From a virus, in UHGV virus genome UHGV-0193504: a DNA stretch of 59,235 bases; one strand, given 5' to 3'. Of the stretch, positions 47,780-56,195 are shown piece by piece. Position 1 is the stretch's first letter, and each line of letters begins with the position of its first letter. The translations under genes were made by a program, and so were the position numbers. The notes below the pieces were generated by a model. That model was not told the DNA's origin. It did no database searches and saw only the letters and a program-made list of their open reading frames with translations.

Positions 47780-47933
47780 AGTCCGTCGCCGCCAGCTTAA
47801 GCCGTGGGCGCGCAAGGTAAAGACCTACTTCGAGAAGTTCGGCGAGGCTATCTTGATGGCGTTTATGGGCATCGGAACAGCAGTTCTTCTTGCTCAGTTC
47901 TTCGGGCTTATGCTCGGAGTCATCGAGCCATGA
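47757..47933 (+). CDS. small membrane protein (58 aa)
   Basis: GGGAGG RBS; basic N-terminus and one TM segment. Confidence 0.45.
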   Translation: MTNMQPRKVRRRQLKPWARKVKTYFEKFGEAILMAFMGIGTAVLLAQFFGLMLGVIEP

Positions 47934-47947
47934 AAGGGGTGACAAGC

Positions 47948-48280
47948 ATGGTCAGCATGAAGGATATCATCCGGGCAATCGAGAGAGAGGAGAAGCAGTA
48001 CATCGGTACTGTAGACGGCTCGCCGTACTTCATCGACGTAAGCGGTTGCCCGTTCGCAAAGGATTGCGTCTACCGATACAATCCGCTCAACGAGAACGTG
48101 ACGGATATCATCTTCGTTGATACCGTCAAGGATGTGCAGGTGAAGGCGCTTGCAGAACACGCAATCCGCCAGCGTGACAAGAAGAACGAGCGGTACATCG
48201 CAGATCTTCACAGTGTGGGCGAGAAAACGCTGACGGAAGAGCACAAAGAAAAAGCCGCCCGCAAAAGCCGGACGGCATGA
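47948..48280 (+). CDS. hypothetical protein
   Basis: AGGGGTG RBS; phage-like codon usage. Confidence 0.5.
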   Translation: MVSMKDIIRAIEREEKQYIGTVDGSPYFIDVSGCPFAKDCVYRYNPLNENVTDIIFVDTVKDVQVKALAEHAIRQRDKKNERYIADLHSVGEKTLTEEHKEKAARKSRTA

Positions 48281-48554
48281 AAAGAAGGTGATATGTATGA
48301 GGGTCTTATCATGCGGGATGAAAAGCCCGCGAGACTGCTTCAACTGCCCGCATGTCGATTGCGTCTGCAACGACATGTCAACGGCAGAAGAAGGAAAGTG
48401 GATGAGACCGGGCGACACAAAGCGCAAGACCAATCGTGCAATCGTCACGCCAGTCATCATTTCCATAGAACATGATACCACAGCGCGGGCGGTAAAGTCC
48501 AATTTCCGCCTCGCGAATCTTGAAAAGCTACTGTATTGAGAAGGAGAGAACATC

Positions 48555-49016
48555 ATGAAACTTTACGATATCAATCAGGAGATCCTCGACTGCATCGACA
48601 TGGAGACGGGCGAGATCATTGCGCCGGAGAAGCTGGAGAGCTTGCAGATGGACAAGCACGAGAAGCTGCGCAACATCGCGTTCGTCGCGCTCAACGCAAC
48701 GGCTGACGCGAAGGCATACGAGGAGCAGGAAAAGAAGTTCGCCGCCCGCAAGAAGGCAGCAAAGGCTACGGTCGAGTGGGCTAAGGCAACACTGGCACGC
48801 GAGCTTGGCGGCGAGAAGATGAAAGAGGCAGAGTTCACGGTATCTTACCGCAAGTCGGAAGTCGTCGAGATTGCTGATCTCAACGCCGTGCCGGATGAGT
48901 TCCTTGCACCGCAGCCGCCGAAAGTCGATAAAGTCGGCTTGAAGAAAGCAATCAAGGGTGGCGCTGTCATCGACGGCGTAACCATTGCCGAGAAACAGAA
49001 CATCCAGATCAAGTAA
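48555..49016 (+). CDS. Siphovirus Gp157-family protein
   Basis: MKLYDI, SYRKSE and KVDKVGLKKAIKGG motifs. Confidence 0.85.
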   Translation: MKLYDINQEILDCIDMETGEIIAPEKLESLQMDKHEKLRNIAFVALNATADAKAYEEQEKKFAARKKAAKATVEWAKATLARELGGEKMKEAEFTVSYRKSEVVEIADLNAVPDEFLAPQPPKVDKVGLKKAIKGGAVIDGVTIAEKQNIQIK

Positions 49017-49030
49017 AAGGAGTGGGCGAC

Positions 49031-49693
49031 ATGAGTGAAGCAAAGGCCATCTACGCCGCCCTGCTAGCCATCCAGCAGGGCATCAAGGCACCGAAAGATA
49101 AGAAGGGCTACGGCTACGAGTACCGCACTGCTGACGGTATCATGCAGGCTGCCAAACCGTTGCTCAAAGAGAACGGCGTCATCTGCATCTTGTCCGACCA
49201 GGCTGTATCTATCGGCACCCGCTATTATGTCGAATCGACGGCACGCCTCATCGACATTGCAACGGGCGACGTCATTGAGGCAAAGGGGACGGCGGTAGAG
49301 CCTGACAAGCTGGCATCAATGGCCCCACCACAGATTACCGGCACGGCATCCACATATGCTAGAAAGCGTGTGCTGGAAGGTTTGTTCCTTCTCGACAATG
49401 AGAAGGATGTAGACTCACAGGAAGTGCAGGACGAGATTGCCCGTCAGGCCGCGCAGAACGCCGCAGGAGCGCGTCCGCGCAACTACAAGGGCAACACGGA
49501 TAACATCCGTCACAAGGCAATGCATGGGCTTTCCGCAGAGATGAAACGCCTCGGCATGACGGGCGAGGAAGTCAGCGCGTTGTGTGGACTGAAGTTTGGT
49601 AAGACCAATTCGCGTGATCTTACCACAGGTCAGCTCAGTGAATTGGCTGCTCATCTCGAAGAATGGGAAGCCGAGCAGATGGGCGGTAAGTGA
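49031..49693 (+). CDS. ERF-family ssDNA-annealing protein
   Basis: KAPKD..YEYRTA and QITGTASTYARKRVL..LDNEKD. Confidence 0.85.
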   Translation: MSEAKAIYAALLAIQQGIKAPKDKKGYGYEYRTADGIMQAAKPLLKENGVICILSDQAVSIGTRYYVESTARLIDIATGDVIEAKGTAVEPDKLASMAPPQITGTASTYARKRVLEGLFLLDNEKDVDSQEVQDEIARQAAQNAAGARPRNYKGNTDNIRHKAMHGLSAEMKRLGMTGEEVSALCGLKFGKTNSRDLTTGQLSELAAHLEEWEAEQMGGK

Positions 49694-50376
49694 TGGTACA
49701 AGAGCACGTCATCGGCGAGATACAGGACGTGAGAGAGGACGGGGTGGCGGTCATCACGGCCGGGATCCCCGACCTCGACCGCGCTCTGCTACGCCAGTAT
49801 AAGAAAGTCGAAATCATCCTGCCAGACGGTCGGCGAATCACCGCAGAGCAAAGGCGGAAGGTGTACGCGATTCTCGGAGAAATATCCGATTACGTCAACG
49901 GCTTCCGCGATGGCGACGCGCTGGAAGAGACAAAAGCGACGATGAAGATGGACTTCATGCTCAAACGGATGGAGTCGATGGAGCGCCGTCTGTTCTCTCT
50001 CTCGGATTGCTCAGTCACAACGGCACGGGCTTTCATTGACTACCTGATAACGTTCGTGATTGCAAATGATATTCCGACAAAAGTGCCGCTGATCGAGCAG
50101 TGCGATGACGTCAGCAAGTACATGTACGCTTGCACGATGCATCGCAAGTGCGCGGTGTGCGGTCGGCCAGCGGACATACATCACTGCGAGGGCAGCCGCA
50201 TCGGTGCGGGCGTCGATCGTGACAAGGTGCATCAGATGGGGCGCGAGATACTGCCGCTGTGTCGCGTACATCACACTGAGTGCCACAGCGACGAGGCAGG
50301 ATTCATTAAAAAGTACCATCTACAAAAGGTGGAGCTAGACGAGGCCCTTTGTAAGCGGTTGAAGTTCAAGAAATGA
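49693..50376 (+). CDS. putative HNHc nuclease (DUF968-like)
   Basis: ITAEQRRK, FSLSDCS, CAVCG..DIHH and LCRVHHTECH. Confidence 0.8.
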   Translation: MVQEHVIGEIQDVREDGVAVITAGIPDLDRALLRQYKKVEIILPDGRRITAEQRRKVYAILGEISDYVNGFRDGDALEETKATMKMDFMLKRMESMERRLFSLSDCSVTTARAFIDYLITFVIANDIPTKVPLIEQCDDVSKYMYACTMHRKCAVCGRPADIHHCEGSRIGAGVDRDKVHQMGREILPLCRVHHTECHSDEAGFIKKYHLQKVELDEALCKRLKFKK

Positions 50377-50388
50377 GGTGAAAAAGAT

Positions 50389-51120
50389 ATGTCAGTAATT
50401 CGAGTCGAGAAAACCAGCAACTATACCGTCATGGCGAACTACCACTTCAAAGAGAAGGGCCTGTCGCTTAAGGCGAAGGGTATCATGTCGCTCATGCTGT
50501 CATTGCCAGACGATTGGGATTACACAGTCGAGGGGCTGGCAACACTCAGTAAAGATGGAATCAACTCTGTGCGATCGGCATTGAAAGAGCTTGAGAACTT
50601 CCATTATCTCGTGATGGAACGCGAGCGCGACAAGAAAGGAATCCTTCGCGGGACGGTTTACACGCTGTACGAAAAACCTATCGTGGATAATCCAATCTTG
50701 GATAAACCAATCTTGGATGAACCTATCTTGGAAAAACGCACGCAATTAAATACTAACCTATCAAGTACGAAAGAAGTAAGTACGAAGAGACAAATTACAC
50801 ATCAGGAGAAGGACCCGTTCGCGGTTGCATCTCCGAAATTGTGTGAAGCTCTTCGAGGGTTCGAGGCGTCACGCAAGGCGCTGCACAAGCCACTTACTCT
50901 CAGAGCAAAGGAGCTCATCGTGAAGAAGCTGGAGAAGCTGGCACCGGAGAACGAGGCGTTGCAGATCGCTATCCTCGACCAGAGCGTAGAGCGAGGATGG
51001 CAGGGTGTGTTCCCACTCAAAGAGGAATGGAAGGTAGAAAGGAGCGAGAAGCATGGACTTCATGGAGATGCTGGCGAAGCGAAATCCGAATATGCAGCGT
51101 ATTTTGACGGAGACACGTAA
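50389..51120 (+). CDS. replication initiator (HTH)
   Basis: NYTVMAN..LSLKAKG..LSLPDDW; internal iterons; QSVERGWQGVF. Confidence 0.85.
   Translation: MSVIRVEKTSNYTVMANYHFKEKGLSLKAKGIMSLMLSLPDDWDYTVEGLATLSKDGINSVRSALKELENFHYLVMERERDKKGILRGTVYTLYEKPIVDNPILDKPILDEPILEKRTQLNTNLSSTKEVSTKRQITHQEKDPFAVASPKLCEALRGFEASRKALHKPLTLRAKELIVKKLEKLAPENEALQIAILDQSVERGWQGVFPLKEEWKVERSEKHGLHGDAGEAKSEYAAYFDGDT
50671..50730. repeat. four 15-bp iterons (putative origin)
   Basis: GAAAAACCTATCGTG / GATAATCCAATCTTG / GATAAACCAATCTTG / GATGAACCTATCTTG followed by an AT-rich tract. Confidence 0.7.
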
Positions 51121-51982
51121 GAAGCGCGAAGAGGACCTGAAGGAAGCGCGAGATCATCTCGGCGAGATTCAGGAAGCGCTCGGGCTGGGCAATGACCATC
51201 TTAGTGACGATGACCTTCTTGAAGCTGCTAAAGCAGTCTGGATGATGAACCAGAAAGCATATGACTGCCACCTCTGCACGTTCACAGTAGAGAATTGCGA
51301 CATGTGCAAATACACGAATATTGTCGCCAGAAGCAACAAGTATCTCAGAGACGATTACTTCGCGCCGTGCTCGATGTATAAGACGAATCGCAAGTTGCGG
51401 GAAGTATCTAGGCTGATGAACGCTAGCGGGCTTGGCGACCGATTCAAGCAGCGCAGATTCGAGACGTTCAAGACGGACAAGAACACGGCTGAGGCAAAGC
51501 TAGCGGCAGAACGGTTTTGCAATGAATTGCAGAGCAATCCAAAGGCGACAGGACTGATGCTCGTCGGCCCATACGGCTGTGGCAAGACGCACCTTGCGGC
51601 GTCTATTGTGCATCGTTGCGCTGAGTTCGGCATCGCTGGGGTGTTTGTCGTCGTGCCGGAGCTGCTGGCACGCATCCGCACGAGCTACCGAACGGGGGAT
51701 GGAAAAGCGGAGGCTGTCATTGATACGGCAAAGAGCGCGAAGCTGCTGATTCTCGATGACCTCGGTGCAGAGAAAGCGAGCGAGTGGGTGAAAGAGCAGC
51801 TGTACATGCTCGTCAACTACCGCTACGAGCACATGCTGCCGACCGTCGTCACGACGAATTGCAGCGGCGCAGAGCTGGAACAGGAGCTGGGGCGGCGCAC
51901 GCTGTCACGCTTAGTTGAGATGACGAAGCCGGTCAACATCCGCGCCGGTGATTATCGCATGAAGCTCGCGGCTAGTCGATAA
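51053..51982 (+). CDS. DnaC/IstB-like helicase loader ATPase
   Basis: GPYGCGKTHLA, LLILDDLGAE and VTTN motifs. Confidence 0.9.
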   Translation: MDFMEMLAKRNPNMQRILTETRKKREEDLKEARDHLGEIQEALGLGNDHLSDDDLLEAAKAVWMMNQKAYDCHLCTFTVENCDMCKYTNIVARSNKYLRDDYFAPCSMYKTNRKLREVSRLMNASGLGDRFKQRRFETFKTDKNTAEAKLAAERFCNELQSNPKATGLMLVGPYGCGKTHLAASIVHRCAEFGIAGVFVVVPELLARIRTSYRTGDGKAEAVIDTAKSAKLLILDDLGAEKASEWVKEQLYMLVNYRYEHMLPTVVTTNCSGAELEQELGRRTLSRLVEMTKPVNIRAGDYRMKLAASR

Positions 51983-52055
51983 GATGCGGGCGGCTGAGTA
52001 AGAGAATGAGAAAAGGGTTGGTTGCGGCAAGACGCCGCAGAAAAGGAGAAACAAA

Positions 52056-52688
52056 ATGGCTACGAAGAAAGTTGAAAGCAAGATCGAGATTCCGGCAATG
52101 GATTTCAGAGTGGCGACTCTGCATGTCGTCGGGGATTCCCCGCTTATCGTGCACGCGTGGAGCGAAAAGGCGAAGCGCATGATGCTTGAGAAGCAGATGA
52201 AGAAGGCAACGAAGGGCAAAGAAGTGCGCGACCCGTTCGCCGAGTTCCTTGATTCGCTGTATTGGCTGAGTGAGCGGCCAGCAGATGTCACGCCGGAGAA
52301 TTTCAGCGAGGTTGCAAAGACGGCGAAGTTCGGTTTCCCTGCGCTTGCGTTCAAGGCGGCTGCGATTGATGCAGCGTATCAGCAGGGACTCATCGAGAAA
52401 AAGACGACCCTGCGCGGCGCTATCCTCGTCATCGGCGAGATGGCAGAGATTCGCGGCTCTATCCCTGTGATGCGTGAAGACATGTGCCGCATCGGGCAGG
52501 GTTCGGCTGACCTGCGCTATCGTGGCGAGTTCAAAGAGTGGGAGACAGATTTGACCGTTCGCTACAATGCGGGTGCGGTCAGTTTGGAGCAGATCGTCAA
52601 TGCGTTCACGGCTGGTGGCTTTGCGTGCGGCGTTGGCGAATGGCGTCCGGCGAAAGATGGCAACTTTGGCATGTTCCACATCGAGTAA
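52056..52688 (+). CDS. RAMP/Cas7-like RNA-binding protein (candidate effector of the adjacent array)
   Basis: LHVVGDSPLIVH first strand, FPALAFKAAA (compare RAMP IPGSSLKGAL), C-terminal Gly-rich loop GFACGVGEWRPAKDGNFGMF. Confidence 0.7.
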   Translation: MATKKVESKIEIPAMDFRVATLHVVGDSPLIVHAWSEKAKRMMLEKQMKKATKGKEVRDPFAEFLDSLYWLSERPADVTPENFSEVAKTAKFGFPALAFKAAAIDAAYQQGLIEKKTTLRGAILVIGEMAEIRGSIPVMREDMCRIGQGSADLRYRGEFKEWETDLTVRYNAGAVSLEQIVNAFTAGGFACGVGEWRPAKDGNFGMFHIE

Positions 52689-52693
52689 AACTC

Positions 52694-53109
52694 GGCAGGC
52701 GAGCCACGGTGTGGCAGTTTATGTCGGGGCATGATGGGGCACGGCTTGGCAGGCGGGGCAAGGCAAGGCGCGGTTTGGTGGGTATGGCCCGGTATGGTGT
52801 GGCAGGCAGGGCGAGGCAAGGCATGGCGAGGCATGGTGAGTTAAGGCATGGCAGGCATGGCGAGGCAAGGCTAGTTCAGGCGGGGCCGGGTGTGGATTGG
52901 CGTGTAATGGCAAGGTTCGGCAGGCAAGGCGGGGTAAGGCGCGGTAAGGCACGGCACGGCGAGGCGGGGCATGGCAGGCAAGGCATGGCAGGCCTAGGAA
53001 CGGTATGGCTGGTTAGGGCGAGGCATGGCGGGCGAGGCGAGGCCGGGACAGGCAAGGCGCGTCGAGGCAAGGACTGGTCTGGCAGGGCTTGGCAGGCGTG
53101 GAAAACGCC
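52694..53109 (+). ncRNA. GGY-NN pentamer array: seven units, GGCA delimiters, terminal hairpin
   Basis: 74 elements in 5-nt register (one is 4 nt), 60 beginning GGC/GGT; delimiters at 52694, 52748, 52801, 52850, 52919, 52973, 53027 (GGCG) and 53091; hairpin GGCGT-GGAAA-ACGCC. Confidence 0.85.
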
Positions 53110-53126
53110 GAAAGGAGGAAACCGAA

Positions 53127-53597
53127 ATGGTGTATCAGTACAAAGTGCCTTACGCAAGAGTAAGCGCACAGACGGCAGGCGAGGAGCTTGCACGAATCGA
53201 GAAAGAGAAAGGCTCGTTGACGCCGGAGCTGGTCGTCGATGAGTCACGCGAGGAGAACGCGCCGCTGCATCCCGTCTTTGAGTGGGACGACAAGAAAGCC
53301 GCAGAGCACTATCGCGTCGTGCAGGCCGGAAGCCTCATCCGTAACGTGACAGTCAAGATCGAAGAAGCGCCACGCATGGAGCCGACGAGAGCGTTTGTAA
53401 ACATCGCGCCGGTCGGCCAGCGCAAGGGCATCTTCGTCAGTATCAAGAATGCGATGGATGATGAGGAGAGCCGCGAGACGGTCGTAGCAAGAGCACTGGC
53501 AGAGCTTGAGAAGGTCAGGGAGAAGTATAAGGATTTGCACGAGCTGGCCGGTATCTTCGCTGAGATTGACCGGCTGGCGATGGAGAGGGGAGCATAA
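53127..53597 (+). CDS. partner protein downstream of the array (156 aa)
   Basis: AAAGGAGG RBS directly after the array hairpin; LTPELVV..PLHPVFEWDD..AAEHYR motif. Confidence 0.75.
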   Translation: MVYQYKVPYARVSAQTAGEELARIEKEKGSLTPELVVDESREENAPLHPVFEWDDKKAAEHYRVVQAGSLIRNVTVKIEEAPRMEPTRAFVNIAPVGQRKGIFVSIKNAMDDEESRETVVARALAELEKVREKYKDLHELAGIFAEIDRLAMERGA

Positions 53598-53609
53598 GGA
53601 GGTAAGTAA

Positions 53610-54008
53610 ATGAGCGACTGCAAGGAGCTAGACTGCGAGAAGCTAGAAGTTTTCTGCAAGATGTTTCGTGGAGTATATATGAGTATCTGGAGAGATGGTG
53701 ATTGCGTAATGATGGATTTGCCACTCATCTTTAGCGATGGATGTATGGCAGTCATCAATACTCGCATGATGCCAGATGGAAAAGTACGTGTATCTGATGA
53801 CGGGCGCATTGCGACGCATGAGCCGCTGACACCGGCGGATGTATACGAGATATGCGACAAGCATAACTTAGAGTACGTGCTGAAAGACGAGAGCGACGAC
53901 CCGCCGCTTGATTGCGAGATATACAAGGTTGTGGACAGGATTCACTTTCACGATGCGGTTTTTGCAATCATAAAAGCAAGCATGGATGCACGCGATATGT
54001 GGGGGTGA
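53610..54008 (+). CDS. hypothetical protein (DUF1828-like)
   Basis: LPLIFSDG..VRVSDDG motif; AAGGAGGT RBS. Confidence 0.45.
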   Translation: MSDCKELDCEKLEVFCKMFRGVYMSIWRDGDCVMMDLPLIFSDGCMAVINTRMMPDGKVRVSDDGRIATHEPLTPADVYEICDKHNLEYVLKDESDDPPLDCEIYKVVDRIHFHDAVFAIIKASMDARDMWG

Positions 54009-54019
54009 GGGATGAGCTG

Positions 54020-54232
54020 ATGGGCTATTGCAAAGTGTGCACGTCACGCGACGTGACGCAGGAGCAGCTTCTAGACGGCAGGCATATACTTCTATGCAAA
54101 ACGTGCCGGAGATACCTTCGAGGGCTTTTGAGGAGCTGTGAGACGTGCTTGAATGGCAAAGAATGTGCGCGAGGCTACGGCTTCGCCAGAGATAAGTTCA
54201 GATGTGACGAATGGAAGGAGAACAAATCATGA
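54020..54232 (+). CDS. small Cys-rich protein
   Basis: three CxxC motifs in 70 aa. Confidence 0.5.
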   Translation: MGYCKVCTSRDVTQEQLLDGRHILLCKTCRRYLRGLLRSCETCLNGKECARGYGFARDKFRCDEWKENKS

Positions 54233-54768
54233 ATAAGGCGTCGACATATGACGAATCAATTTTCGATTTATATGTCGAAGAAAAGTTAACAATGAAGGAG
54301 GTAGCGGACACTCTTGGCATATCTGTCGGAAAGGTTTTCAACAGGCTAAAAGTCATGGGCGTTCACTCCAGAGGGCATAAAGATTATCCTGCTTCAGAGG
54401 AAGTGATTGAGAATTGCAGAAAGCTCGGATTAAGCGGCAAAGGCAAGAAGTTGAGCGAGAAAACAAAAGCACTAATAGCTGAAGCGCACTTCAAAGGAGG
54501 GATAGGACACAAAAAGAAACGGTGTGATGGGTATATAAGCATTTATTTCCCAGATCATCCACGCTCAACGAAAGAGGGATACATCATGGAGCATGTTCTG
54601 GTTATGGAAGCTGCACTAGGAAGGCATCTATCGCCAGACGAAGTTGTGCATCACAAAAACTTTAAACGTGATGACAATCGTCTTAGTAATTTACAGCTTA
54701 TGACAAAACATTCGCATATGTCATATCATATGAAACTACGTCATAAGAAAAGAAGAATGGAGGAATGA
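54229..54768 (+). CDS. HNH homing endonuclease (HTH + NUMOD3-like + HNH), lower GC
   Basis: EHVLVME..LGRHL..EVVHHKN..DDNRLSNL; KLSEKTKALI. Confidence 0.85.
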   Translation: MNKASTYDESIFDLYVEEKLTMKEVADTLGISVGKVFNRLKVMGVHSRGHKDYPASEEVIENCRKLGLSGKGKKLSEKTKALIAEAHFKGGIGHKKKRCDGYISIYFPDHPRSTKEGYIMEHVLVMEAALGRHLSPDEVVHHKNFKRDDNRLSNLQLMTKHSHMSYHMKLRHKKRRMEE

Positions 54769-54771
54769 CTT

Positions 54772-55143
54772 ATCAATAAGGCAATCATTATCGGACGCAT
54801 AACGAAGGACCCGGAGGTGCGCTATACGCAGCAGGGGACGCCGGTAGGTACTTTTACGCTGGCGGTAGATCGTAGAGTCGCGAAGGATAAGCCGAAAGAG
54901 GCGGACTTCATCCCGTGCGTAGTGTGGGGCAAGACGGCTGAGGTCGTCGGAAATTGGTGCAAGAAGGGCAAGCAGGTCGGCGTAGAGGGGCGTATCCAGG
55001 TGCGCAGCTATGACGCGAAGGACGGCACGAAGAGATACGTGACGGAGGTTGTCGTCAACGAGTTAGAGCTTCTCAGCAAGGGCGATGGCAGTAGCAAGCA
55101 GAGCGGCGGTAACTATCCGACGGACGATGAAATCCCATTTTGA
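54772..55143 (+). CDS. ssb: single-stranded DNA-binding protein (no ATG; probable ATC start)
   Basis: (I)NKAIIIGRITKDPEVRYT..DFIPCVVWG..VEGRIQ..DDEIPF; GGAGG 8 nt upstream of ATC. Confidence 0.85.
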   Translation: MNKAIIIGRITKDPEVRYTQQGTPVGTFTLAVDRRVAKDKPKEADFIPCVVWGKTAEVVGNWCKKGKQVGVEGRIQVRSYDAKDGTKRYVTEVVVNELELLSKGDGSSKQSGGNYPTDDEIPF

Positions 55144-55170
55144 TGTTTTGACTTTTTAGGAGTGGAGAGC

Positions 55171-55749
55171 ATGGGCAGATTCGCAAAAGCGTTATCTCGC
55201 AAGCATGAGAAGAAATACAAGAAGAGTGAGGAAAGAGTCGAGGCGGCTGAAAAGAAGAGTAAGCACGCAGTACAGCACGCAACGACGAAGCAGCTTATCG
55301 AAGATCGTACAATCATGGCAGGGGCATATGATACATTAACGCTTATCTTCGATGTGGCTGTGCACGAGACGTTCGGCTGGGGCGTGGATATGCGGACAAG
55401 ACTGCACAAAAAGATGGCGAGACACATCTTGTGCATGAAGTCGCGTCTGGTCACGACAAAAGATATCGAACGCATCTTGCGCGATGAGGTCAACATGGAG
55501 CCGGAAAAAGAGGAGCTGAACATTGACAGCTGGGGCAGAGAGCGCAAGATACAGTACAAAGCTACTGGTGACTTGTCTGCTATCTTCTTACTGTCAATGC
55601 TTGACGAGTTCGGCTACAAGACTCGGCGGCTGGACCGCGTTTACAAAGCAGCGTCGAGAATTGCAAATAAGTTGAAGACCGGCAAAGTGACAGCGCTGGA
55701 TTTGGAGAAGTCACTTGCGCCGCGAGGAAAGAGGGTGCTGCTTGATTGA
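55171..55749 (+). CDS. hypothetical phage protein
   Basis: two repeats of an (H/D)E(T)FG(W/Y)..RL motif. Confidence 0.6.
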   Translation: MGRFAKALSRKHEKKYKKSEERVEAAEKKSKHAVQHATTKQLIEDRTIMAGAYDTLTLIFDVAVHETFGWGVDMRTRLHKKMARHILCMKSRLVTTKDIERILRDEVNMEPEKEELNIDSWGRERKIQYKATGDLSAIFLLSMLDEFGYKTRRLDRVYKAASRIANKLKTGKVTALDLEKSLAPRGKRVLLD

Positions 55750-56195
55750 AGAAGTGGAGGATGGTCTATGATATGGTCATCCCGGGCGAGGCTGTGCCGC
55801 AAGGGCGGCCTCGCTTCGGACATGGCCGGACGTATGACCCGCCGAAGAGCAGGGAGTATAAAGAGTACGTGCGGAGATTGGCGCGCATGGATATGCCGTC
55901 AGACGCGCTAGAACGGCCGCTGACGTGCCCCGTGCGGCTGACGTGTGTAATCTATCGCGCTGTGCCAAAATCGTGGAGCAGACGCAAGAGAGCTGACGCA
56001 ATCGCGGGTAAGATACGACCGACGACAAAGCCGGATTTAGACAACGTAATAAAGGGCATCAAGGATGCGCTGAACGGCGTATGGTACAAAGATGACTCGC
56101 AGGTTGTTGAGTATGGTCTTGTGGGCAAGTGGTACGCAGAAGAGCCGCGTGTGTATGTGCGGCTGGATATGGAGGTAGAAGATGAAGAAGGATGA
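55746..56195 (+). CDS. rusA: RusA-family Holliday junction resolvase
   Basis: PQGRPR and TKPDLDNVIKGIKDALNG..DDSQV. Confidence 0.9.
   Translation: MKKWRMVYDMVIPGEAVPQGRPRFGHGRTYDPPKSREYKEYVRRLARMDMPSDALERPLTCPVRLTCVIYRAVPKSWSRRKRADAIAGKIRPTTKPDLDNVIKGIKDALNGVWYKDDSQVVEYGLVGKWYAEEPRVYVRLDMEVEDEEG

Noticed and set aside
52694..53094. Classical CRISPR array or simple microsatellite
   Set aside because: There are no 25-40 bp identical repeats with spacers. Unlike a slippage microsatellite, variation concentrates in two positions per element, with regular delimiters.
52538..53247. Gly/Arg/Ala-rich or Pro-rich ORFs across the GGY array (52538-53242, 52562-52834, 52876-53247 and the 53025 extension)
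   Set aside because: A 5-nt G-rich period leaves several frames open by chance. These ORFs lack an RBS and overlap real genes; the true downstream start is 53127.
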